Shown here one piece after another: positions 38,056 through 51,600 of a DNA stretch of 64,000 bases (positions are counted from its first letter, which is position 1; each line of letters begins with the position of its first letter). Under the pieces are notes generated by a model that saw only the letters and a list, made by a program, of their open reading frames with translations, made no database searches and had not been told where the DNA came from. Location of the stretch: assembly GCA_051294375.1 (NCBI GenBank), contig CM119271.1, positions 5,236,832 through 5,300,831 on the forward strand, given 5' to 3'. The DNA is from Paraspadella gotoi (Eukaryota > Animalia > Chaetognatha). The translations under genes were made by a program, and so were the position numbers.

Positions 38056-40163
38056 AGATGGAATAACAATGAAGGAATCCAGAAACGCCGCCGAGTCGAC
38101 TTACCGTTTCACGTCGAGAATAAATCGTACTTTTGTCTCTAATTATTAGTCACGCGACGACGATGAAGACGACGACGATCGACGACGACGACGACTAGAA
38201 GGACGGCGATTAAGAAAAATGACGATCATGACGATGGTGAAACAAACGAAAATGACGATGATGATAACGACTAGGATGAACGACGATCAATGAGGAAGGG
38301 ACAACGAAGATAGACGACTAGGATGATGACGATTAAGAAACATGACGATGGTGGAAACGACGAAAAAATGACGACGATGAAGAGACTCGATGACGACGAC
38401 AAACAAAAATGACCGCGAAGAAGACGAATGAAGATGACGACGACAAACGACGATGAAGACGACGACGAAGAAACCCTTAAAATCGTATCGTTCTAAAACT
38501 GGAGGAATAAATTGCGTGAAATGTAATTTGTGAAAATGTTGAAATGTCTAACAATAACGGAAAGACGATGTCATGTAGGTAAATGAAGGGCACACGACGA
38601 CGACGACGCGACGACGACGACTACGAAAGACAATCGTTAAAGCGAAAAAAGAAAAAACGTGTTGGAATCGGTTGGCATGGAAACAAGAAACTGCTTTGAG
38701 TCTTCTTCATTGTCCGTCGTGACGAATCCTAGAGACGGATTAGATTTTCTGCCGCCGTCGATGGGGTCTTTTTCTTTCATCTTTCTTTTTACTCTCGTCT
38801 TTTTTTCTTTCTTTTTTCTTTTTTTACTTTCTTTTTTTCTTTCTCTTTCATTTACTGTCTTTTTCTTTTTCTTTTCTTTTTTTCTTTTTTTTTTTTCTTT
38901 GTTTCCACTTTTTCGTAAACCGTCTCTGGCCGCTTCCGCTCTCCCCGTGAGGTATCCTGCGATTTCTCTCTCTCTTTCTCTCTCTCTCTCCCTTTTCTCA
39001 AGATATCGTTGCCCCCCCCCGCCTCTTACGGCTCGAGGTTCAAAAATAATTTTTTCTCGAGATAGAATTTCTTCTTCTTCTTTTTTTTTTCTTTTTCTTC
39101 TTCCTTCTTTTTTTCTTTTAAATGCTTCGCGCATCAATCGTCGGGTTTTTTAATGAACCCCTTTTACGCCGAAGACGCCCGTCGTTCCACGGTGCCGACC
39201 GCGCGCTTCCTCAGTGCTCGATCTCTTTTGGTCCCTTATCTGATTTTTTTTTCTTACGCAGTTCCGCAAGTCTTACTTGGCTCTTACCGTCCCTCTCGCT
39301 TTCTTAAATCTCTTTGTCCCTCTCACTCTATGAATCTCTTTGTCCCTTTTGGACCTAACTCTCTTTGTCCCTGCTTATGCAGAATTCGCTCTCTTGTCCT
39401 TCTGGACTGATTTCCTAAATCTCTTTGTCCCCTCTCACTCTATGATGCTCCTTGTTCCCCTTTTGCCTAGACTCTCTTTGTCGCCTCTCTTGCCGCTCGA
39501 TCTCTTTTGTCACATATTTGTAAATTCTTTTCGTCGACATTGGTGCCTCCTCTAAAAAAGGGTTGTTTTTTTTCCCGTTGAAAGTTTTCAAAATTCTCAA
39601 TTATTTAAAAAAATCCAATCTAAGAGTATCGTATTGCCAAATCGCACCTTCAAAACCATCAATCGCGTTTAAATTTTAAAAAATTCTAAGTAATAGACGT
39701 AAATAGACGTAATAACGATACCTTACCATCCGTTCCCCACCCGCGCGGAATTCGAGGTCCCCGCAAGCGGCGACATCTACGGTTCGGGGCGGCGCCGCTC
39801 CCTCACCGTACTCAACCCAATCCCCTCCGCCCCGCGATGGTCGTCGCCAATGGCAACCAGGGGACGCTCACGGGTTCGCTGCTCCCCGAATCACCAACCC
39901 GCGGCGGAACTTACATCAGCGCAACGCACACCCTGGCTTCTTTAATCCCCTCTCACCAGTATCAAGGCTCACCTTACATCAGTGTTAGGTTGTGGCGAAG
40001 AAAAAAGGAAGGGTGGTGAGAAAGAGGAAAGAGAGAGAGCGGAGGGGAAGTGCTTATCCTTAAAAACATCTTCCTTTGGGGGGAAATGATGGGTAACATT
40101 TAGAGGTTGAGGGGAGGAAGATGGATGAATGAAAGGGGTGAGATCGTGAGAGGGAGATATTTA

Positions 40164-40253
<90 letters not shown>

Positions 40254-43200
40254 AGAGAGCGGCAATCTATTTTTAAATCAGTGCGCGATATGGGACTAAT
40301 TAAAATGCCCATTTCTCTGCCCACCATTTTCTCTGGGGTGTTTTTTTTGTGTGTTTCTTCTCTCCGTTTTCTGTGTGTGTGTCAAGAAGACAATGAAAAA
40401 GGAAACCATTGTTTCACTCGTTTTGTTGGCGTTGTTGTTGTTGTTGTTTTGGGTCTTTTTTGGGGGGCTTCTAATTTAATATAAATCTTCTTTCTTCTTT
40501 TAGTTATCTTTTTGTTCTTTAACACTCGTTGCTTTTCTCTAATTTTACCCCAAAGCAACAAAAAATATAAAGGATAATTTAATTATTGTAAAATTTAATT
40601 CATACCAAGAGACCGAAGAATATGGCAATTTTGGAAAAATTGTCCAAAAAAAGAAGAAAAAAAAATACCCTTTAAACCCCCAATAAAACTGTACAATCGA
40701 AATATCCTGCTTTAATATTTTAAATGTACGTTTTACGGTAATTCGATTTTTGAATGTCAACATATAACAGTACGTTTTTATAAGTTCTAGATCTATCATC
40801 ACGGAAACTTATACTATTAGTAAATCTTTAAAGGAGAAAGTTTATTTTTTAAAAAAATCGATTTTTAAAAATAAGTTTGAAGACAAACATTGTCGGATCT
40901 ACCCACGATCATCATCGGTAATTAATTAATTAATAATAAAATAATTAAAGAATTAATTAATTCAGTTAATTAATTATTTATTAATTAATAATTAATTTAA
41001 TATCAAGCTCTGAATTTTTATTTATATTGGAAATTTTGATCATAGAATAATGTTATTGTATTTTAAAGATACTTGATTTAATCTAATCTGATTTTACATA
41101 GTGATAAGATGCTTATTTTACACATCTCTGCATCTAATTGATGAATACACGTTTGTATTTATCTATTTCGATAGTAGTAATTCTATCTCTTGCATTATCT
41201 ATTAATAATATAAAAAAGTGTTATAAGTATAGTCTAATTATACACTTAGTGAAAGCAGGTTTTTTTGTTCATTTTATAGTATAGACTACATCGTCACTCC
41301 ACGGATAAACAAACACAGATTGCAGGATAGAGGGAGGAAAGAAGTGAAGGAGATAAACAAAAACATGTTTCACTAATTTATTATGGCTTTCTTTTACTTT
41401 TTATATTAATGTAAATGCAAGATGAATAATTATTCGCGAATGAATATATAACAGGTTAGATTACACATCAACCTTAGTGATATAAAACTTTTAATAATTA
41501 AAATTACAATTAATACATGTTTTAATTAATCATAATTCATAAACTTACATTTATTGAGCAAATTATTAATCCATAATTAACTAATAATTAAACTTGGTAA
41601 ATAATATCTTACATATTATTTAATTAATTAATCTAACTCTAATTTCAAACTTTGATACTTAATTCATATATTTTAATTATTTAACCTTGATTAATTAATT
41701 AATTACTGATAGAATGAAATACGTGAAGATAAGATTCCGACAATGTTTGCCTCAAACCTTATTTTTTTAAAAATCGATTTTTTTAAAAAATTACTTTCTC
41801 GCTTAAAGATTTAATTACGCTCAATAAGTTTTCCGATTGAATCTGAAACTTAAAGGACGTGTTAACTTTGACTGAAAAAATTTCCCTATAGCATTTAAGA
41901 AATATCTAAAGAAGAGCGATAGCGCTCTTCGATTGCTACAAGTTATTTTTTTATTGGCCGGTTATCAAGGACAAAGGGATATTCATTTTTTCCTCGTTTT
42001 TAGGCGACGAATTTCGTCATAATGTCCTGTAACTTCTCGGCCTTGGATGATCTACACTTTAAGAATTTAGATATGGCCAATCGAGACACTCCTTGTCTCT
42101 AATCTCATTTTTATCAATAATAAAAAAATTTGAAATTTGAATAAAGTTTAATAAATACTTTTTTTAAAGTATCGCTGTTGGCAGCTTGGCAGCAGCAACA
42201 GCAAGCAAACGCTCTCTGCTTAAAAATAATACTCAGAAAATTCTGGAAAATACAGAGTGCCATGTGAAAAGATCCTCCCTAACATGGAAGAGCATATTAA
42301 GCAGTGTGAAGCACTTAATATCTATGTAATATTGTTGTTGTAAAGCTATTTTAGTGCTTGTCTCAGATATAGACCAATGAGACGAGAAAATTACTCTGAT
42401 ACCCTTTACTCTAGTAAAGCAATACAGACTTACTGTCGAGAAATTCAGATTTTGTAAAAGTATGCAAAAAACTCTTAATTAATTATGCATACTATAAATG
42501 AGATTAATGCTTATTTTAATTTAACGTGAATAGTCTTTTCTCGATAGCACCCACACCAGCTGAACTAAAGTACTAGCTTTGTGCATATTCATATTAGTGG
42601 CTTATAAAAATTAGAATCAAATCCAGCTCAATCTCTGCATATTTTTAGGGTATAAAATATTGATCAAGTGAAACTATATGTATGAATTTCTCTTAAAGTT
42701 TTTGGTGACACATGATAGAAAAAAAAAATTTTTCTCTATATATAGCAGTCTCTACCTTATATCAAACAAGCTGTTGAGAAGAAGATAGAGTGAAATCGAA
42801 AAGAGAGAGAAATATTTTCACTAGAATAAAATATATTGATCAACATCGGTAAAATAAGATTATTGTATTTAATTATATCAAAATAAGTCGAAAAACTTAG
42901 TACATTTATGCCTACAGTATATGAAACAGGGAGTAAACTGGATTGATTTTTTATAAGATGTACATTTAAACAGTAGCCAAAAAAGCATACTTTATCTGGC
43001 TTGTGGTCTCAAAAATTTCTATAATTAAAATAAAGCATAAATACTGCATTGTGCATAGTTTGATAAAGATTATTTCTACTATATACTAATTTCTCATCTT
43101 AGCGTGCATGGCTCAGTATTGATTCTTATTTGTTTTAAATGCATTAAAACAATTACATGTGATACTATTGTTCTTTTATACTAAGCTCTCTCTTTTGGGA

Positions 43201-44972
43201 GAATCTTTCTAACTTTATACTCTGTTCATTGTAATATTTTATTTACTTTTATAGTAGCACACTGTAATAGAGAATATATATATCATATTAATACACTTTA
43301 TAATCAAATTTCATAACATTTTTTGATTTATTTATTATCAAAAAAGAGATTATTATGAGCAAGGATCTCTAAGTATACATTAAATTTTTTCCGTTAAATT
43401 AGTGTGTCACCGAAGGCAGAGATATGAGGAATTTTGAAATTAGTCAAAAGAGAAAAATACCCCTTTTTAAACCCTAATAAAACAAACTGTTACATATCGA
43501 AATTATTCTATTATATCATTTTATACAAGATAAGGTAAATATTTTCATTCAAATTACAGTCTTCACAGTTTCCAGATCTCAATCGGAAAACTTATACTAT
43601 TAAATCCTTTTAAGGAGAAAGTTAATTTTTAAAAAAAATCGGATTTTTATAAAAATACAGTTTGAGAAATAACTTGTCGATCTACCCACGACATAATCGG
43701 TAATCTCTAATTAATGTAATAAATTTTTTTTTTTTTTTAATTAATTATAATTAAATAATTAAGAAGTAATTTAATTAATTAATTAATTTAAATTAATTAA
43801 TAATTAATTATTATTCAAGTTAATTATTTAATTAATTAGGAAATTTTGATCAGAAATGTTTGTGTTTGATTGATTAATTAACTGATTAATTAATTATGTG
43901 ATTAATTAATTGACTAAATTGATGAATTAAGACTGATAATTATTCTCGATTAATTAATTCATCTTGCATTACATTTATATAAAAGTTAAAAGAAGCATAA
44001 TAAATTCGTGAAACAGGTTTTTTTTTTTTNNNNNNNNNNNNNNNNNNNNNNNNNCCCGCCACAACCTTACCTGATGTAAGGGTGAGCCTTGATACTGGTG
44101 AGAGGGATTAAAGAGCAGGGTGTGGTGGTGATGGTAAGTTCCGCCGCGGTGGTGATTCGGGAGCAGCGACCCGTTGAGCGTCCCCTGGTTGCCATTGGCG
44201 ACGACCATCGCGGGGCGGAGGGTTGGGTTGAGTACGGTGAGGGGAGCGGCGCCGCCCGAACCGTAGATGTCGCGCTGCGGACCTTGAATTCGCGCGGGTG
44301 GGGAACGGAGGTAAGGTATCGTTATTACGTCTATTTACGTCTATTTATAGAATTTTTAAAATTTAAACGCGATTGAAGGTTCGAAGGTGCGAAGTTTGCA
44401 ATACGATACTCTTTAGATGGATTTTTAAATAATGAGAATTTTGAACTTTCAACTTTCAAACTTTTTAAGAGGAGGCCAATGTCGACGAAGAATGTACAAA
44501 GATGTGACAAAGAGATCGAGCGGCAAGAGAGGGACAAAGAGAGTCTAGGGCAAAAGGGACAAGGAGATTCATAGAGTGAGAGGGACANNNNNNNNNNNNN
44601 NNNNNNNNNNNNNNNNNNNNNNNNNNNNNNNNNNNNNNNNNNNNNNNNNNNNNNNNNNNNNNNNNNNNNNNNNNNNNNNNNNNNNNNNNNNNNNNNNNNN
44701 NNNNNNNNNNNNNNNNNNNNNNNNNNNNNNNNNNNNNNNNNNNNNNNNNNNNNNNNNNNNNNNNNNNNNNNNNNNNNNNNNNNNNNNNNNNNNNNNNNNN
44801 NNTCTTCGGCGTAAAAGGTTCATAAAAAACCGACGTTGATGGCGAAGATAAAAGAGAAAAAGAAGAAGAAGAAAAAGAAAAAAAAAAGAAGAAGAAGAAA
44901 AATTCTCATCGAGAAAAATATTTTTGAACCTCGAGCGTAAGAGGCGGGGGGGGCAACGATATCTTGAGAAAG

Positions 44973-45003
<31 letters not shown>

Positions 45004-45310
45004 GCAGTGGATACCTCACGGGAGAGAGCGCCAGAGACGTACGAAAAGTGAAACAAAGAAAAAAAGAAAAAAAGAAAAGAAAGAAAAAAGACAGTAAATG
45101 AAAGAGAAAGAAAAAGAAAGTAAAAGAAAGAAAAAGAAAGAAAAAAGACAGTAAAAGAAAGAGAAAGAAAAAGACATCGACGGCGGCAGAAAATCTTATC
45201 CGTCTCTAGATTCGTCACGCGGGACAAGAGAAGACTCAAACGCGTTTCTTGTTTCCATGCCAACCGATCCAACACGTTTTTTCTTTTTTCGCTTTACGAT
45301 TGTCTTCGTA

Positions 45311-45345
<35 letters not shown>

Positions 45346-46194
45346 TGTGCCCTTCATTTACCTACATTGACATCGTCTTTCCGTTATTGTAGACATTTCA
45401 CATTTTCACAATTACATTTCACGCATTTATTCCTCCAGTTTTAGAACGATACGATTTTAAGGGTTTCTTCGTCGTCGTCTTCATCGTCGTTGTCGTCGTC
45501 ATCATCGTCTTCTTCGCGGTCATTTTTGTTGTCGTCGTCATCCGAGTCCTCTTCATCGTCGTCATTTTCGTCGTTTCACCATCGTCATTTTCTTAATCGT
45601 CATCATCCTAGTCGTCATCTTCGTTGTCGCCTTCATCATTGTCGTCGTCATCCTAGTCGTTATCATCATCGTCATTTTCGTTGTTTCACCATCGTCATGA
45701 TCGTCATTTTCTTAATCGCCGTCCTCCTAGTCGTCGTCGTCGTCGTCGTCGTCGTCTTCATCGTCGTCGCGTGACTAATAATAGAGACAAAAGTCGATTT
45801 ATTCTCGACGTGAAACCGGAAGTCGACGTCGGCCGTTTCATGATTTCCTCATTGGTTTATTTCCATCGTGCTCTCTACTCTCTCTCTCTCTCTCTCATCT
45901 CTGCATCATCTCTCTCTCGTCCCTCGTTTTGGTTTTCTTTATTTTTATCGGCGTTCTCGTTCTCTCCTTCCAACGTTCCCTCGCGGCCCCTTTCTCTGCT
46001 CGCCTCTCCTAAAATATCTTTCTCCAGGAAGCCAATTTTGCATTTCCGGCTGATTTAGCATGGCACAAATGAAGTTAGACTGTTTATCTGGGAGAGGAAG
46101 AGGACGGAGGAGGAGAAGAAGATTAGAAAAAGAAGACGGCGCAAGAAGAGAAGTGTCTACCGGACGGAAGAAAAGATATTCGGAGTGAGAGATT

Positions 46195-46247
<53 letters not shown>

Positions 46248-48637
46248 GAAGCGAGAGAGTAGAGAGAGAGGAGAGAGATGAGAGAGAGAGAGAGAAGAGA
46301 GAGAAGAGAGAGAGAGAGAGAGGAGAGAGAGGAAACGGAGTGAGACATAGACAGGCTGACAATCATGACGAGAAAAAGTGAAGGAGAAGACTGAGAGGGA
46401 GCGACGAGAAGACAGTTCCGCAAGAGAAGAGAGAAGAGATAGAGAGAGAGAGAGAGGAGAGGGGAAGAGATTATAGTAGAGTAACGAGTATTGTTGATGT
46501 ATGATTTTAGGATGTATTGGATTGATGAAGTAGATTATTGTATGTGACTGAGTAAATCTGTTAGTATTAATTGATCTTATATAGTGTAGTATGTTGATTC
46601 AGATCGTTCGAGCATCGAGACAGGACGTCGCAAGACTCGATATGTAAAAAAAAGATTGAGATCGAAAACAGACACAAGACTCGACGGGAAAGAGACAAGA
46701 CAGGACAAGAATCTAAGACGTGTCAAGTCAACAATACAAGACACACATCACAGGTGAAACAGAAGCGAATTGAAAAGAAACAGACGGACAGACGGATTCG
46801 CTTCATGACGATTTACTGAGGAGAGGACGAGGTTGCAACGACGTGTTTTTTTAATCCTTTAGTTTTAGAAAATCTTCGTTAAAATGATTATAAGTAGTAA
46901 TAATAATATATAATTGAATACTAGTAAAATTTAAAAATATGAAATTAGAAAGAAAAAAATCAGAGCTAAGTTTTTTACTCTTTTCCCTCCTAATCTCCTA
47001 ATCTTCTCTTCCCACTACCCCTCTATTCCCCCGCCCTCTTCCTCTTCTCTCCCTTTCCTCTCTCCTCTCCCTCTCTCCCCCCCTCTCCTCCCCCTCCTCT
47101 CCACCCTCTCCTCACTCTTCGGATCCGCGACTGCGCTTGCGCAGAGGACGTCCCTCTTGTAAAGGATGAGGAGAACCAAGATTGAGATGAGGAGAAAACA
47201 GGATGAAACCAATATGGCGAGGAGCGTGTTGAAGGCGGACGACTTGCTCCGCCGCACCGCCGAGCCAGACAGCAGGGTCTCGCCGTCCACGCCGCCGCCG
47301 CCCGACGGAGCGCTGTGGATGCGGACCACTTTGATGGTGATCCGCTTGACCACGTAGGAGCCTTTGTGGCTCAGCTTTGGTCGGTGGGGGGAAGGAGTGT
47401 AAGAGTGTTTCAGTTGTGTTGATAGTTTAAAAAATAGTAAAAGTAAGCAGTCGCAAAAGAATATTTATTGTTTAAGAACATTGTGATATGTGAACATCAC
47501 GTTATTAATATTTTTATTTTTGTAAGTTAAATGTTTTTTAGCTCCGGCTTTTTAAAAACACTTTTCTTAATGGCTTACGACTTCTCAAACTCTTTGAATC
47601 CCTTACCCTCGTAATTTCTCCTTTCCTCACCGGCTGATGTCTCTTCGCCCTCAGGATCAGCAGCGTGTCGCCCCTGCGCTGCGTAAGATGGGACGTCTTC
47701 AGCCGCAGCACGACGCCGGCTGACCTCCCGCTGATTGGCTGAGAAGAGAAAGGTGTGTAATCTTTTGTTATTATTTAAATATTAAACGTTTTGCTTGTCA
47801 ACATCTGTATTCAATGGAGAACAAGTGTTGGTATTTTGGAATATAATATAATGTTATAAATGATAATCATTAGTAGGATGTAAACTTACCTGAACAGAGT
47901 TTTTAAGGACAATTCGCTTCGTTGAGATTGTGAGACGCCGAACGCGGACCCTGAAGGTCATAAAGCGCCCACGCAGTTGGTCAAACCTGAAAGAGGAAGA
48001 AGGAAAGGATAAAATTTAGAACTTTTTGATTCAACCGAAAAATGAGATGAGTTCATCAATCTCATTTTGCATATTGTTCTGTATTGACATTGACTTGTCA
48101 TAAATTTATTCCGGGTGTCATTTCACGGTCTCAACTCACGTATTCACTTTTGTCATTAGTGTTAGCAATTGATGATAATGATTGATTAGAGAGTTTGAGA
48201 TATTGGTCCAGCTAAATATTACTTTTATTTTAAGGACCCATTAACTCCCTTTACAGAAGAAAAAGAGATAGGAGGAAAAGAGAAAGAAAAGAAAACGGGA
48301 CCTTCCGACGAAGGAAAGAAAGGGAGGAAAGAAAAGAGAGTAAAAGAAGAAATGGAGGAAAAGGAAAGGAAGGAGATGGAAGGAAAAGACGCTGGATGAC
48401 ACAGGGGAAGAAAGGACAAAAGGGAGGACAAGGGAAGGGAAAAAAAAAAAAGAAGATTGAGAATGGAGGGAAAGGAGCAGTTAATGAATGGTTTTTAATG
48501 AATGGGGAAAGGTAAAGAAAAGAATTGGGGAGAAGAAATGAAAAAATGAATGGGAGAATGGGGGGGGTGTGGAATGTTAGTTAAGTTTTTAATGTTGGCA
48601 GAGTGAAAGTGAGAGAGAGAGAGAGAGAGAGAGAAGC

Positions 48638-48675
<38 letters not shown>

Positions 48676-51600
48676 AATAAGAGAAGAGTAGAAAAAAGCT
48701 GCCGGAAAAAGACGAAATCTTTAGGCAACAAATACACAAATATAAAAACTAACAAAACAAATCCAACTAATTAAAAAACAAACCCAACGAATTAATCGAA
48801 AACCACAAACCTCAAAACCGGATGCGAGAGAACGTCGCAGGAGACGTTGAACTCTTTCCTCTCGGTCTCTGGCAGACTCACGACGTCGTCGCACAAAATC
48901 TGAGGCTCGAAATAAACTTCGAGCAAAACGTTCTTCGTGTAGTAGGAGAGTTCGTCGTCGGCGCGTAGGTGGAGGGTGCGCCGAGGGTGGAACACCGAGA
49001 AGAGGGTGTTGGACACGCGGAAAGTGAAGTGGTACCTGGGTTGGGTACTGAGAATATTGTATAACAAGGAACGGTTATTCCAACGTGTTGCGCCGCATTA
49101 CTTTTTTTTTTTACTTATCTTTTCTTTAAAAACAAAAGGCGGCGCCAGTAGTCGCTTAGATTTGATTTTTAACAAATGAGCAACAAACTATAGGCAAGTT
49201 GTAAACGTTTTTAACGTAAGTGGGACAGACCGGCGGACAGACATACCGACGGACCAACCGACCGATGGACCGACCGACCGAAAAGTGACTTATAGAGTTG
49301 CTCGGCGAGTACTCCCGGCGAAACTAAAAAGAAAGGCCGCGGAAAGATTTTAAATGGGTCGTTTGATAAAATCTTCGGCCTTATTTATCGAAAACGTCTG
49401 ATTTCATCATAAATTCAGTGAGATTGCTTTTTAATTAGGCCCAGTTGCGGACAATCTTAAGTGGACGAAATCCTACATGGGCACAATTCAATCGGGCGCT
49501 CTACTGTGGGAGCAATAAATCTATAAATCTTATTTGCGCACACTGCACATTGCACAATTCTGCGATCACCAACTGTTTAAAACTGAGTTGTGCAATGCAA
49601 TTGACGTTGGCGCTAGGACTCACCCGTTCTGAATGGCCTGGACGACGACGTTGTCCGAGTCAATGATGGAGAAGGCTCGCTCGATCTTCCAGGTGATGTT
49701 GCTGTTGTTGGTAAAAGGAACGGGGATGGAACGAGCGAATGGATAAAGTTTGCTTTTAGGTTCTGAAATTTTATTACTTTTACGAGTTTTTAAACAATTA
49801 AATTCGCAACTTTGCCAATTTTTACTCTTTAAAATCATCGGCATTTTTTTCCCGGCAATTGGAGGCCGACAATTTGCGTCGGCGCGCCCTCCGACCGGCC
49901 GACGCGTCGGTCTCGACATCTGCGTCGGCAACGTCTCCGGTCGAAACGTCACAAATTGAAATAGAGCCTCGGGGGAAATTATAAAAGATTTTATAAAGAA
50001 TGGGAGGAGAGANNNNNNNNNNNNNNNNNNNNNNNNNTCCTTTTTGGTGGTCACAGGTGTATAAGTTATCTTCCGAGAAAAAGATGTTCGTATGCTATTC
50101 TATTCTTCTCATCTTCTCTCTTCTCCCTCTCATTCTCTCTCTACTCTCCTCTCGTCTCTTCTCTTCTCCTCTTTCTCTCTCCTCTCATCTCCTCTCTCTC
50201 TCTTGCTCTCCCCCCATATCCTTTCATATCTCTCCTCAGAATAGAAACTCTTTTTCTCGGAAGACTTTCATGGACCAAAAGGAACAGATGGGGAAAACCC
50301 GAAGAAAAACCGGGAAATGAATCAAATTAACGTCCTCTTTTTAATTGTAACTGATTTCGAATGTTAACCAACTCCAGTATGGGAGAGAGAGAGAGATAGG
50401 GAGAGGGAGACAGAGAGCAAAGAGTTTTTAAATACGGAGTGAAAAATAAAGACAAATTGACTTCGCTTCTCTTACGAAACTAATAGCATTATCGGTTTAT
50501 TTTACCACGGTAGGACATAGAGGATGTGAAAGAAACAAAGTGCCGTAGATTTCAGAGATGGCATTTTTTGCACTATACCGTAAGATCTAGAGAGGTGGGT
50601 CAGCAAAATCCGATTAAACCAGACCTTTTTTAATGCTTATTAAAGTTACAGTAATATTTAAATTTTGGTAAATATGGTCGGAATTTGAACGTCTGTATAT
50701 AAAAAGCAAGTGCTTTAGTTTGAGGTTACTTTCAACTTTTTACGACTTTTCGTTGTTGAATTTGTAATAAAAATTATTGGTTTCTCTTTTAAAAAGTGAT
50801 TTTAAACACCCCCCCACACAGAGAGAGATAACTACTTTTCGGGTTCTGTATGCTCATTCAAAGTCCGTGACCAAACCCGCCGCTTCTTGTGGACCGTAAT
50901 CACCGATTATTTTTTCTCTTGAATTCCTTCCAATAGAATCTAATTCCCTTTTCGATGGCCGGCAGGTATTCTGTCCCTTGTTGGTTGTCTTTCTGTTCAA
51001 ATTTGGTAAGTTTATTAAAGCGTATTTAAGTTTATCTAGTTTTTTCCTTCGCAGATTCGTTGACTAGTAATATGTTTGACAGCAGTTTGTGGTTTAAATA
51101 TGAAATCGTTAAGTGGCCATTATGTTACCGTACTTGAGAACATCGGGTAGTAAATATTTTTAAAAAAGTCACTCAAGACTAGTTTATAAATTACTTCTTG
51201 TAAATAGGCGGAGCTGCTCAGAGCAATTTTTTCTTTTTTTTTTGCAAGAACTTTGCTTTACCTGTAACAGATAACTGACCAACGTCTTTTTAAATGGATT
51301 TTATTTTCTTTTGTGTTTTTTACCAAAGCAGTGGCCTTAACTTGTTATGTACGTTTTTTAAAAATTTCAAGCAAACTTTTGAATAAGCTCATTAGGACAC
51401 CGAACCACGGAAATCGCCCTGTCTTTTAAATTTTTTTATGCAACGCGCATTATAGAATGATTTGGCTTTATGACAATAATTTCATTTTCGTCATAAGTCT
51501 GCAGTCTAGTTCCATTCTTTGTTGTGATAATCTTTAATGGTTAATCCGAACGTCACAAAAACAGGATGTGGCTGTAACTTCTGGTTACCGCAAAGAGGGT

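Larger units (their letters stand above)
37850..40562 (-). repeat. Inverted re-copy of 44055-46150 joined to an inverted re-copy of 37421-37830
   Basis: 37880-37960 is the reverse complement of 46020-46105, 38640-39170 of 44805-45295, and 40260-40560 of 37410-37715. Confidence 0.9.
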
